Assembly (NCBI GenBank): GCA_000934665.2
Contig: KZ538084.1
Location: forward strand, 62,001 to 126,000
Reading direction: 5' to 3'
Length of the DNA stretch: 64,000 nt
Source of the DNA: Catajapyx aquilonaris
Lineage: Eukaryota
The notes beneath the pieces were generated by a model. The model was not told the origin of the DNA, searched no databases, and saw nothing but the letters and a program-made list of their open reading frames with translations. Of this stretch, positions 52,883-64,000 are shown piece after piece. A program made the translations under genes and the position numbers. Numbering within the stretch: position 1 is the first letter of the stretch; the number at the start of each line of letters is the position of its first letter.

Positions 52883-55800
52883 TATACTGTATACAAATAA
52901 TACCTGCCTTAGTTCTCAATGCCATTGATCCAAAATGGCAACGCTGTCTGTACCACAAGAACTCCAACCCGTGTGAACTGTTAAAATGCGAAGCTAACCG
53001 GACCTAAATGCGGGGCCTGGAACCTTTCCACTCCTCAACCAGAATGATTTTCCCATGTGAATGACACCAAAGCCTGCATGTTTCAATGCATGAAAGGCGG
53101 AATTGCTGCGCTCAGGTTTGCTAAATACTTTTGTCACTTCTGGCTGCAAATTATATTAGGCCTACCGGCTTGGGCGGAACCAAGGGACCATTATGGCTGC
53201 TGGTTCAAAACTGCAGTGGTATATGACTTATGAACATGAAATGCGAACCGCAGCCAACCAAACAGTGTGCCAGACGTAATAGGGGAGCTTTTAAGATCAA
53301 AGTTAGGATTTTGGACGTGGCCGACCACTTTTGGGTGACAGGTCCGCCATGTAACTCTCATAACGTTTGCAACGGGTAAAGAAAAGCGTAACTTTTCATA
53401 ACTTTTTTCAAAGCAGTAAAACTCTGATATTGGACTGTAAATCCTACTAGGCTACTTTGTAACATATTATTGAGAGTAATTGTAAAAAAAATTAATTTTT
53501 ACCCTGCAACCATCCAGCCAATTACTTTTAAACCACTCTGGTGACAAACTCCAGTCCAAATATTATTGTCGAGCCCTCTGAGTCGAGCTCTGGGATAAAA
53601 AAAGAACCCAGAAGAGCAGTCCTATATCTCAACAACCAGACAAAGGAGTGAATAGGTGGCGAGTGAGGAGGTAAAAAGAGCATCTGGTTGTTCCGTGAAA
53701 GTGCAGGTCTCTGTTCCTTGGCCGTGTGACCGTGTAAGTGGACTGCTGATGGGACAGGGGGAGCAATTTGGTAAAGCCACGCCTCGTCTCACCCTCCTTT
53801 TTATTTCCTCATCACCGCCAGATAATATGATTAGGGTCTGGCCCGCAGGCACTACTCATGCACTACTGCCACTTTTACGTTTGAGGAATGGAGGCAAGTT
53901 CCACAATTTCCTCCGACTTTTGTATTCAACGCCCCTTCTCACCATTGGTCGCCAAGTAGACGAACGACCTTTTAACCACATCAAACGAGACTTTGTGTCT
54001 TCTCCTATCCAACCCCTCTCTAGCATCCATGCTCCGATCGTATTAAACAGACCGGCAAAAATAAAGAAAGTATATTTCCCTGGGTAATTTTTAGTGCGGC
54101 TGTACAGCCCTGAAGATGGCCGCCATCAAAGGAAACGGCGTCTCAATCAGATTAAACTACTCTGGATGTAATGAAGGAGAGGAAAATGCACTCCGGAGGA
54201 AACTCGTGTCCAAAGTACAACTCTTCACCTCTCATCACGAAGAAAGAGCGTTCATACATAATAACTCCGTTATTTTACCATCTAAATGCATGGAAATGCC
54301 TTATCAAAGACTGAGGTTATCATCATCATTATATCCAGTTTGCAACCATTACTTTGCATGGCTTTCTTCACTGTGTGTGAAGGTCTAGACGTTCTTACAG
54401 TCACTTAGAGTAGAAGGAATTGTGGTGTGAAACTTGGGCCATTATTTCCATCTCATGTGAACTCAGGAGGTGTTTATGATGCTCCTTTCGTTGTTCTGCC
54501 GCTATATGGCTAGAAGCCCTGGAAACTTTAAGCAGTACGACATGTTGACAATGCCACCCACCCAAGCTCATTTCACAATGCAATGTGCCTGTAAGACCAG
54601 TCCTCACTGGCACAGAAACAAAATATAACCTAGTGCACATTTTGAAGGGACAAATATTTGGTTTTATGATGAAACTGTTGTTGGTCGAAGTTCGTTAACA
54701 AGAAAGTAGTTCCCTAATAAGCGTCCAGAAAAGCGCAATATGAAATTTTGTCTTCCATGCAGACCAGCTAGCGACCTAGGGGTTTTGGCTTGCCTGGCTG
54801 TTTTGCCCATTTTGGGCGCCGATTTTGCCCGCCGCTCTGCCCCTGGATCGATGACGCGAGAGACACACTCATCCCGCCGCAGCGGAGGAGACCAGCTTCC
54901 GCTTTTCGCCACAAGATCATAATATTCCTCCGCGCGCGTCTACACAAATCTCTCTCCCTCCTTTACCACTTCTCACCCACCATTTCTTCTCGTTTTCCTG
55001 GCCATCCTGGACTCAACAAATGTCCCTACTACGCGGTCACTTTGCCTCTAATTTTTTTCTTGGGAGGCAGGAAACTGCTACCTATTCCGGGAAACGGGTT
55101 TTCAGAACAAAATTGATTGTAAAAACTGGAGATTGTGCGCTGCTATTCTCCTCAATTTTTAAGTAATATATGATAAACAAGTGTGCTTGAATTCATGTGG
55201 TTTTTAATTTGTTGGGTTATTCGGATTTTTTATTATTATTTCAATCATATACGATAAAAGTGTTACTCCATGGTTGGGCCTTAGACTTGATGAACGTCCC
55301 CCGTAAGTAAAATAATTTAGGACCGAAAAAAACGAACTTGGAGAAGGAAACTGACCGTGTAATATTGGCAGAAAGCCATGCATTTTTCTGGCAACACGTT
55401 TCATTCCGAGTTTCAGGCCCAAAATTCATCTTCATACTAATTAAAGTCGTCACCAGGCACGAAAGAAATGATATTAACACAGCTATAATAATAAATATTA
55501 CCTCTGTGATATTATTCGTTGCTGCTGGGCTCAGCTGCACCTCCGGCAAATATTCCGATGCCCCTATTCCTTACATCTACATTTTATGAATATTATTTCG
55601 GGAACTGAACAACGGGGAATAAGTTACTTGCACCGCAGCTGTGGAGAGGGCCAAAGTTGGGGCCGCTCAATTGAAGTCTTCCTAATAGAAAAGTGACGTT
55701 GACGGATGACTGGAATGAACCCTGGGGCATGTGCTAGAATGTTACTATTGGGTGTCTGTTGATCTCGGGATTCGATGAGGGTTGAAAAATGCATAGCGGC

Positions 55801-58800
55801 TTGATTAGGCCTAGGAGCCAATCCTGTTTTGGAGGCAGGTAACGCCCATGCTTTTCTTTCGCATTTGGAGAAAAAAAAATACAAACAAGATAATCATGTC
55901 AGAATTATGTGTCGACATGTTATTGTAGAGTTACCATAATATGTCCCGGAAAACCAGGATAATCCTAGCTGATTCTCGATATCGATGTAATCTGGGAGTC
56001 AGATATTTATTTTCCCTGAAGAGGGAATTGTGGCCATGTTTAGGCATGGCTTTTTTTTGGAGAGCGGTTTATTAGAATATGCAGCACCTAAAAGGGAGCA
56101 TGAAGAAGAAAAAATTATCAGAGGCCTGTTCAAAGGACGACACGCACCATACGTGCAGTATATAATGTCTCGGAAGCTATTTTCATGCACGTGCTACACG
56201 AGTACCGTACTTCAAAGTCCCCATCGTGGTCTTGTGTTCAGGAGAACGCGAAACACTCGTAGTCTCGCCTCTTTGAAGTCGGCAAGCCATCGAGTTTCTC
56301 CATCACAAGCGTCCACAAACAACCACAGCCGGGGACATCTAATTCCGTTTCCAAAGGCCTTGATGTTGCACATTTGCCTTTCCTTTGTAAACAAGGGCCG
56401 GAAACAAATTTGTTTATGAGATGCCGAGACCGCAAAGGTTACCTCAAAACTCGCATCATAGTATTATCATATTCTCAGGGTGGAAAAATCATCACCAAGG
56501 TTCCTCTTAGCTGGGAAATAACTCGCATCATTTAATACACAAGCTTGCAGAAAAGCTGAGACGATCCTTCTTGGTGCAATACATGTAGCAACTAAAATTG
56601 TCATGTGTGGAATACCTACTGTCAGTGTATTGACGTAACTATGCCTATAAGTTAGGGATAACCACAATTTATAAATGAAAATAATGCATGATCCATGTAG
56701 ATCACTTTTAGCGTAACATGTTACTTAGCTTTTTCAACCTCGTATTCCGAAAGAAGGACCCCCTGTGGCATCGGCTATAGAAACAATGCTGATGTGATTA
56801 AATTCTTCCCTAATGGAGGTGTAGTACCCAATTATCCATTGACGTTCACAGGCAAATTAGTGCCGACGGTGTATTATGGGGATGCAGCCGGTGTAAGCTT
56901 GGTTTGGTGGTGTGTGAACCATTTCCAAAGTGGGAGACACACAATGTATCAGACGCAAACCTGACATACACTCTACTGTATGCAGATTTCCATCAATTCA
57001 GCATATTTATAATGCTGGAAGTATGCATACAATTCAGTGAATATGAACTGAGATTTTGGAATATTTTCAGAAGAAGAATATCGTAAAGTGAGAATACATT
57101 ATCAGTAAAAATATTATAATATTATCTGAGGTGGACAGTATATGTTCATGGCCTGCTGTATATTCCCAGCGAATCAGACATTTTGCGATTTTAATATGTT
57201 TGGGCTACCGCAACTTACCATAATAATTATAAACATCAAAAATAGGTAAACCAATGCCATTTACAAAGTCAGCGGGGTTCCAATATATGACGGTGTCGTT
57301 TCGAAAATAATGATTAAAGCCACCACTTTATGCCTCCAAATAATCGGGAAATTAAATAGCAGGTTGGGGGCATAAAATTATCGAGATGTCCATTGGTTTA
57401 CAGATTAATAATTATTCGATCGTCAACATCAGTTACCGTGAGCATCAAACCGGCCGTAGTGTTTGTGACCAACACTATAGGTTTGGCGATGACAGGTTAT
57501 AAAAGTGTAGGCCTACGCTGGATGTGGGAAACCAAACATTAACTACCTCAATTGCATTTGGTCTACATGATTTGAATGTTTCAAACGGAAAATGTTGCAT
57601 CTATAATAATAAAATAAAATCATTCGTTACAATTATCCATTGTTTGTGTGCAAAAATTCATCTTGCCAATTTTTGCGACTATAGACTGCTTTTTATTTAT
57701 TGTCTCTGAAACACTTTTTTAAACCAGTCGAGTAGAATCATCCTTTCGAAATGAATGTTCTACACAGACCACATGCACAGCAATGCGCGTATGCAATTTT
57801 GAGTGCCTATGTGAAGCCTTTATGACAATAAATAATGAGCAGACAGTCTATTTGAGCCGCCTTTCACGACTATATTTGCAAACCAGGATGTACGAAATGC
57901 CAGAATAAACTGCGCATTTTAGTGTGTGTGTATGTGTGTGTGTGTATGTATAATCCGACCCCGAAGTGGAATGAATTGCGTTGGCAGGCCAGATTTTCCA
58001 CCATTCTCCATCGGCAGCCATATGAAAATGTGGGCAAGCGCATAAAGACCAAGTGAAGTACCACATAGGTCGGAACTGGCCCAGCGAAGGCATATCCCTT
58101 TTTACAATCCGCTTTGGCATCAGAGGAGGATATCAAAGTAGGCGCCCATCCCTGCTTCATTATGCACCGATTTGGGATCCTATAGAAGGGGAAGAGAGGG
58201 AGGATATTATTTTCAAAGCAAGGAAGAACTCTCCCACAGCCCAACCCCTTCATAGTGGGGTTTAATTCCTCTGGGGGGGTGGAATTGGCGGAAACGTCCA
58301 GGAGATTGCGAGCTGATCGCTCAGTGATTACAGAGCTAGCTCCTTCCTCACGGCCTACGCCAAATCCCAGAGGCCAATAATATTTCACCCTGGCCGTCTA
58401 AACCCCGCAGCGCCAATAAAAGATTATGCACAACATTTACCCGCCGAGAACGGCTACGACTTCAATGACAGTAATCCAGACTGCTGTTTATGGAATGGCC
58501 GTCTCTCCTTTACCATGAATCCGAATGGCTTCAAACTACGTCTATTCTCGGGTTAGTGAATGCCAACCATCCTAGTTTTCTTACCTCTTATATTCCAAGA
58601 CTGGGAGAATGGGCCGAGGGTGTTTTTGGACCTTATCCAGGACCGCAGGCTGATTACACAATTTTATACACTATGCTCACGAATTTGGTAATTACAATAA
58701 TATCTGCAACCAGTAAAAATGGGGGGTATACAATTCATAATTATCAGAGAAACCAGTGAAAAGCTGGCACTTGAAGGAAATGGACAGAAGCCCTGCTGTA

Positions 58801-59094
58801 AAGAAGGTGTTGAATGTGGAGCGGTGGAAAGATATGCGGGGTATCAAACGGCATTCCGCTGACTATAATAATGGCAGTCCAACGGGCGAGGGAAGGGGTG
58901 TCTCCAAGGCGAGGAATTATTAGACTCGCCTATTATTGCACGTCTTGCATTGTGTGCTAGAGCGCTCGATGGATATGATCATCGCAAGGGCTGCTGATGA
59001 ATTTCCATGCTACTTCCATTCACGAGTATCTCTGACACCGACGTGAATAGCTTGCATCAGGTTGATTTGCTGAGAAGCTGAAGGATTCGTATTC

Positions 59095-59308
59095 GACTGT
59101 AATATTCATGTACCGATTCATGTACTGACTTGGAGGTGGTATTTTGTGATCAAATACCGTATACAAGTCAGTACTGTTGACGGTATTTGATGTCCAAGTC
59201 GATGCATTGTGATGTACTGTTTTCAAGTCAGTACATCTGAACGATGGGCTGTATACAAGTCAGTACCGTACACAATACTACCTCCGAGTCGGTACATGAA
59301 TTACAGCG
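59095..59308. mobile_element. MITE family E copy 2
   Basis: ATGTACTGACTTGGAGGTGGTATTTTGTGATCAA and TTTCAAGTCAGTACATCTGAACGATGG are reverse complements of segments of 52652-52882; ends GACTGTAAT / ATTACAGCG|TA. Confidence 0.75.
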
Positions 59309-61009
59309 TAGAGATGTGGCGTCTATTGAGCCTTTAGCAACAATGTTCCAATCAGATCACTAGATATAATAATGGATACAACTTTTCGCAGCTTTAATGG
59401 AAGTATAAGAAAACATATCCATTTCTTCAAGTTCAAGAGGCTGTTATTTCCATGGAAGTGCCTCGTGCACAACATTAGGGGCATGTAGAAGGGTTAACTC
59501 CAGAAATCCCTCTCTTAAATCAGAGGTGGGTTGCCTTGTGACTGTGTCATATACTGGATCACATACAAAAGGGGAGGGTGGAAGGGAGGTAATGTTCTGG
59601 TCCGTAAGCACCGTCAGGACTCCGGATGGGAAAACCGTCCTGGGTATGAATTTTGTGTTCCAAACGACGGAGCCCCCTGCTTCCTTGTGCAGCATTATTG
59701 TGGCACACATTAGAATGCAGACATTAGTAGGGGGGAGAGGGGAGATCTCCCGGGATGAGGCCACAGATGAGGAGGATTCTGGCCACCACAATGAGATTCT
59801 GGCGGAGGTCACATCCTCGTTTTTGTTACCACGTCACCAGCGGTGTAATTCCGAATAAATTTGTGGGTATACGCAAGGGTAGAGGAGGCTTATGCGGTCC
59901 TTCGATGAAATTAGTCCACCAGGACTATGTCTTGTAAAAAATGATGGAAGTGGGATTTTACATATCCCTATTGCACCCCATGTCACCATAGGGTGGCTTT
60001 TGTGTTTTTTTTATTCACCTGCGTCTGCCTTCCTCTTGTCACAAGACAAATGAGACAGTCGACGAGTAACATGACTGTTCTCTTCAGACGCGGAAAGGAA
60101 CCATCGCATTAGAAGGCTACATGGGCCACATCCTGACAGGAGGCGGTGATGCCTCCGAATTACTTGGCTCCAGTCTTGCAGCTCCCCGGGGTCCGATACA
60201 TACGAAACTTTCCAATTTATGGCACGGTCCCCCGGCTGCATCCACCGGACAACCCCTTGCTTGACTCAATATCTTGACTCCGAAACAGATTCAATTTTGC
60301 AGACCTGTTCTGACGGATATCTTCATGAACTGAACCTAACCAGCAGGATGTTCTGAGAATTTCTGTTCCGATATGGAATACTAATATTATTGTGATGCCT
60401 ACAGGAGCGTCGCTTATGAACTGACTACTAGTATTAGCCTAACAGAAGCAATACAGCACAATATTATATATGAGAATTTTTATGGAGTCGCAATAAGGAA
60501 AATGGCTCCCTGAGGCGGAATGTGAAGACATCAGGTATGCAATGCTTCATCGTTGGCCAAGTATATGATATAATGCATATTGGTTATTTTTTAAAGAAGT
60601 TGGGGAGGGAAGAACGAGGACAAGGCCTCTCAAAAAATCCGGGTCCATATCGTTCCCTCACGCGTCGTCGGATATATGGCTGTTCATTCTCAGCGTCGGG
60701 GACAATGGTGTATTAAGAGGAATAATTTAGAGCTAAATATGATGAATTAACGACGCGTGTTCCTGCGTGCCTTCTCACCGCCTATGCCATTAGAAACAGG
60801 GCCGCAGGAATGCAAAGAATGAGCCTATTCCGCAGACGGGAAGCAACGCTCGAGAATACCAATTGCCTACTGCACAAAGGCTGCCAAGTAGACGCAAAAA
60901 TAAAAATAATTCCAAAAAAGGGGTCTCCTGAATGCAGCGTCAATTTAGCTTCCAGCCTACTTTAAGTATATGTTACTTAAAGTTTCAATTTTAATTAATA
61001 TAGGACAAG

Positions 61010-61230
61010 TACAAAAAATTCAGCTGAACATTCAACCAATTTGGAAAGGTAGTTCCTGCCAAACATTTGGTTGAAGTAACCAAATTAGTTTGGTTGTTGT
61101 TCAATACAAATATTTGATTGATGCAACCAACATACGGGTTACCGTGACATGTTTTGGCTATGTTGACTAAATATTTGGTTGAAACAATCACATACTCGTC
61201 AATAAAATAGTTTTGGTTACTTCAATTTTT
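61010..61230. repeat. Degenerate element with TTTGGTTGAA/TTCAACCAA subrepeats
   Basis: Multiple TTTGGTTG and CAACCAA motifs in both orientations; similar motifs at about 62495-62550. Termini not resolved. Confidence 0.45.
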
Positions 61231-63951
61231 CAAATGTACTTTTATGATAAAGCCATTTTTGTGCATTCTGATGCCAAGAAAGACGTAGTGGAAAAGGCGT
61301 CTGGCCAACAACACATCCTCCAGAAATGCCTAAAGTAATCAACCCCAGCCATAATGATTTGGCGGTGAGCAGTGATAAGTTCGACTTTAATTTTAATCTG
61401 GGCGCTTTTAATTACAGCCGGATTACAGCCTGTCCCGTTTTCATCCTAGACTCATTAGCATGGCGATTATATAAACTAGAAACCGGTTTAATTTATGGTT
61501 TTAAATTATTTTGCCACCTCAATTAACAAATTAACTTTTGGGCAGCCCTTTTTTTTCACAGCCCACCATTTCTCTCTCTTTTTTTGTGTAGGGTGTACCC
61601 CATCTGCGGATAGGCGAAGGTTTTCTCCTTCGTGCAATCTTAGACGAACCGTATAAATAGCGGGCGTGCCATGATATGGAAGAAAAGGAAACTAATCCTC
61701 CGTGCAGAATCGAATTCTAATCCTCTCTGAAAAGGCGAAGCTTCTGTAGAAATCCATTCACCACTAATATGTACAGTACACTCAATCTAGCTTCTCTCCA
61801 CAATGTTGGATATAAGAGTCTGGGGAGTTAAAAGAAAGCAAGCCAAAACTCGTTAGAAGCCAGGTAAAAAAAAATTGCAGTGCACATCTGATCATACTTG
61901 CAGTGTATTTATCTGTATGGATCATGCCGGTAGAAATCCCTAGTGTGTATAATTTTGTACGGTTTGTAGCTACCTTCCGCCATGAATATGTAATATCATT
62001 GCTAACCTGTAACGCTTGCAATTCTCGGCATAGCAGCACAGAGCGCCATTTAACTGTCGCATTAGATTATCATTTATCATATGTGAAATTACACGGTAGC
62101 GTCATTTTGGGTCCAATGTCCAGGCTGAGCTTACAGTCTATACTGCCAATGTAAGGCATGAATTTGTGGGAAGGTTCCGTAACTAGAGTATTTGAAGTTG
62201 ACATTAAACCCTTTTAGATGACCAGTAATCTAGTGTCACAGTAATGACTGCTGACTCTGTGGGTTACAGTTGTCGAGCTTGATTATATGTCCAGCCCATG
62301 GTTTTAGAATACTCAGGTTAGGTCACTCCCACCTACCCCCTGACGGGGTGTTTTGCAGCAATTGAGCACCCGCCGCAAAACACCCCAGCAGGTGATAACA
62401 TCAGAAGGTAGTAAGAGTGTCCGTGGGCTGGTCCAGCCTATACATTAGAAAAACCGAACTGATTGAAGTCACCATAAGAATACTATGTATTCATTATTTC
62501 AACCAAAATATTTGGTTGAATGAAACATCTTTTGGTTCGTTCAACTAAAATTTTAAATGTAGATATGGACCCCCTTGTAGAATGATGATATTCGCTTCGT
62601 GTATCCGTACGACTCGATTCTGCTTAGTTAGTTCCAAATCCATCATCGGTTGCATTGCTTGGGCTCTTTTTGAGTTCAATTTTTAGTGCATCGGGGGCGT
62701 ACAGTTCATGGATGTGTGTTGGAGCGTTTAACTTTTTGCCCGCTCATTTTCCACGGTTGCATAGGCGAACAGCTGGAATTGCTCTGTGTTAAGTAATTAA
62801 TCATTACAATCCTATAACCCTCCCCTTCTGCCTCCCTTCCCATCAACAAGTATTGTGACTGCTGATGGTATGCTATAGTCTTGAAATATTTATCGGTTTT
62901 AAATAGCAATAATGTTTTCTATTAACCTGGGCGTGGGAAACCCCGCCGCTTCATTTAAGACAACGTGTTTTAAGCCCATCTCAGGTGATGAAACAGCCCC
63001 TAAAAATTGATGTTGAAAGGGACAAAAAAAAAAACCTGAACCTTCCCGATCATCTCACACGTCCTCTTAGCCATGTGTTAAATTAGCCAACACTTATTTA
63101 AAGGATAATTACTTATAACCTGAAGTGTAGATAACCAAAGTGTTTACAGGCCAAGCTTGCATGGAAATGTTAGGGTTCAAACCGGCAATTCATTCAATAG
63201 GTTTATAGAGCAATTTATCATCGTGTGCTCACACAGAATATTAAACAGACAATGTTGATTCTGTTCAAATCCGGTGGCCATATTTGTTAATGGCAGGTTT
63301 TTTTTTAGTAGGACAGAAATGCAAGAGAGGTCACTGTTCTCTATATGCGATTTTTTTTAAAAGCATATTAGTCGGACATGTTTTAGATTGTGCATCCATT
63401 TGGAATCGCACATCCCTAACAAATTGGAGTAATTTGGTATCCAAATCGGGATAGAAAATTTACGTCTGATGCTGGAATTTATAAGGATTAATCATTCCTT
63501 AAATCCCCAATGAGGCGAAGCCTGCCGGGCAAGAAGTAAACAAATTTAGCCAAGCTTGCCTTCCGAATGAGGGCATATCATCTTCCCCCAACTTGGGTCG
63601 TGATTCCTCATGAGTCTTCCTCGATTTAGGAAATTTTTGTCATCTTTTAATGCTCCCACAACTCCCGCTAGTGCAGTGGATAGCCTTAAAAAACGAGTTT
63701 CAAGGAGCTAGAAGTGGAGTTAATCAGAATTTACTGGACTGTGCTGTTGCTAATTAAACCTCGGTAATTAATGCAATCTTTTTTGCAGTCTAGTAATTAA
63801 ACTGTATAATATTGGTACGAATTTCATGTGAGGGTATAACATATCGAAAGTGGGACGTTGCATATGGGTGGTGTTATCACCTGTTTTAAGCTTGGGTTTA
63901 AGGTTGGGAAGTACGGCGATATGTAAGGGAGCTTTTATTATTTATTATTTA

Positions 63952-64000
63952 CTAGCTGCGGCACCCGGCGTTACCCGGGAAGAAATGAATGCAGGGAAAA
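63952..64000 (-). mobile_element. Helitron-type 3' terminus; element runs off the window
   Basis: Minus strand reads GC hairpin CCCGG-GTAACG-CCGGG, 8 nt, then CTAG|T into AT-rich flank, the canonical Helitron 3' signature. Confidence 0.65.

Noticed and set aside
59444..59858. Overlapping 110-122 aa ORFs, one with an LRR-like NITSLPPSPF
   Set aside because: Single short motif with no repeat periodicity or splice support.
1..64000. Six-frame ORFs of 60-179 aa as genes
   Set aside because: All are short, many overlap MITEs, SINEs or microsatellites, and none shows a domain I recognise; consistent with chance ORFs.

Overview
Eukaryotic, animal-like (probably invertebrate; inference only) non-coding DNA, consistent with a large intron or intergenic region. 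None of the short ORFs resembles a protein family I recognise, and there is no operon, CRISPR, rRNA or intact tRNA. The supportable structure is almost all non-autonomous mobile DNA. It includes two full-length copies of a tRNA-derived SINE, each with an exact 15-bp target-site duplication (TSD), and roughly ten MITE families. Their termini and TSDs resemble Tc1/mariner (TA), hAT/P (8 bp), Kolobok (TTAA), PIF/Harbinger (TWA) and CACTA/EnSpm types. A Helitron-type 3' end lies at the right edge. Notable points are a four-element nested MITE stack (45.3-46.5 kb) whose insertion order can be partly reconstructed, an 8-bp-TSD element that moved twice with non-matching tips, other nested insertions, and two abutting perfect palindromes at 29.65-29.78 kb. 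A YY1/Pho-like motif cluster and one weak candidate coding exon are also present. I found no convincing novel protein-coding system. Superfamily labels come from terminus and TSD signatures only, because no transposase ORF is present.
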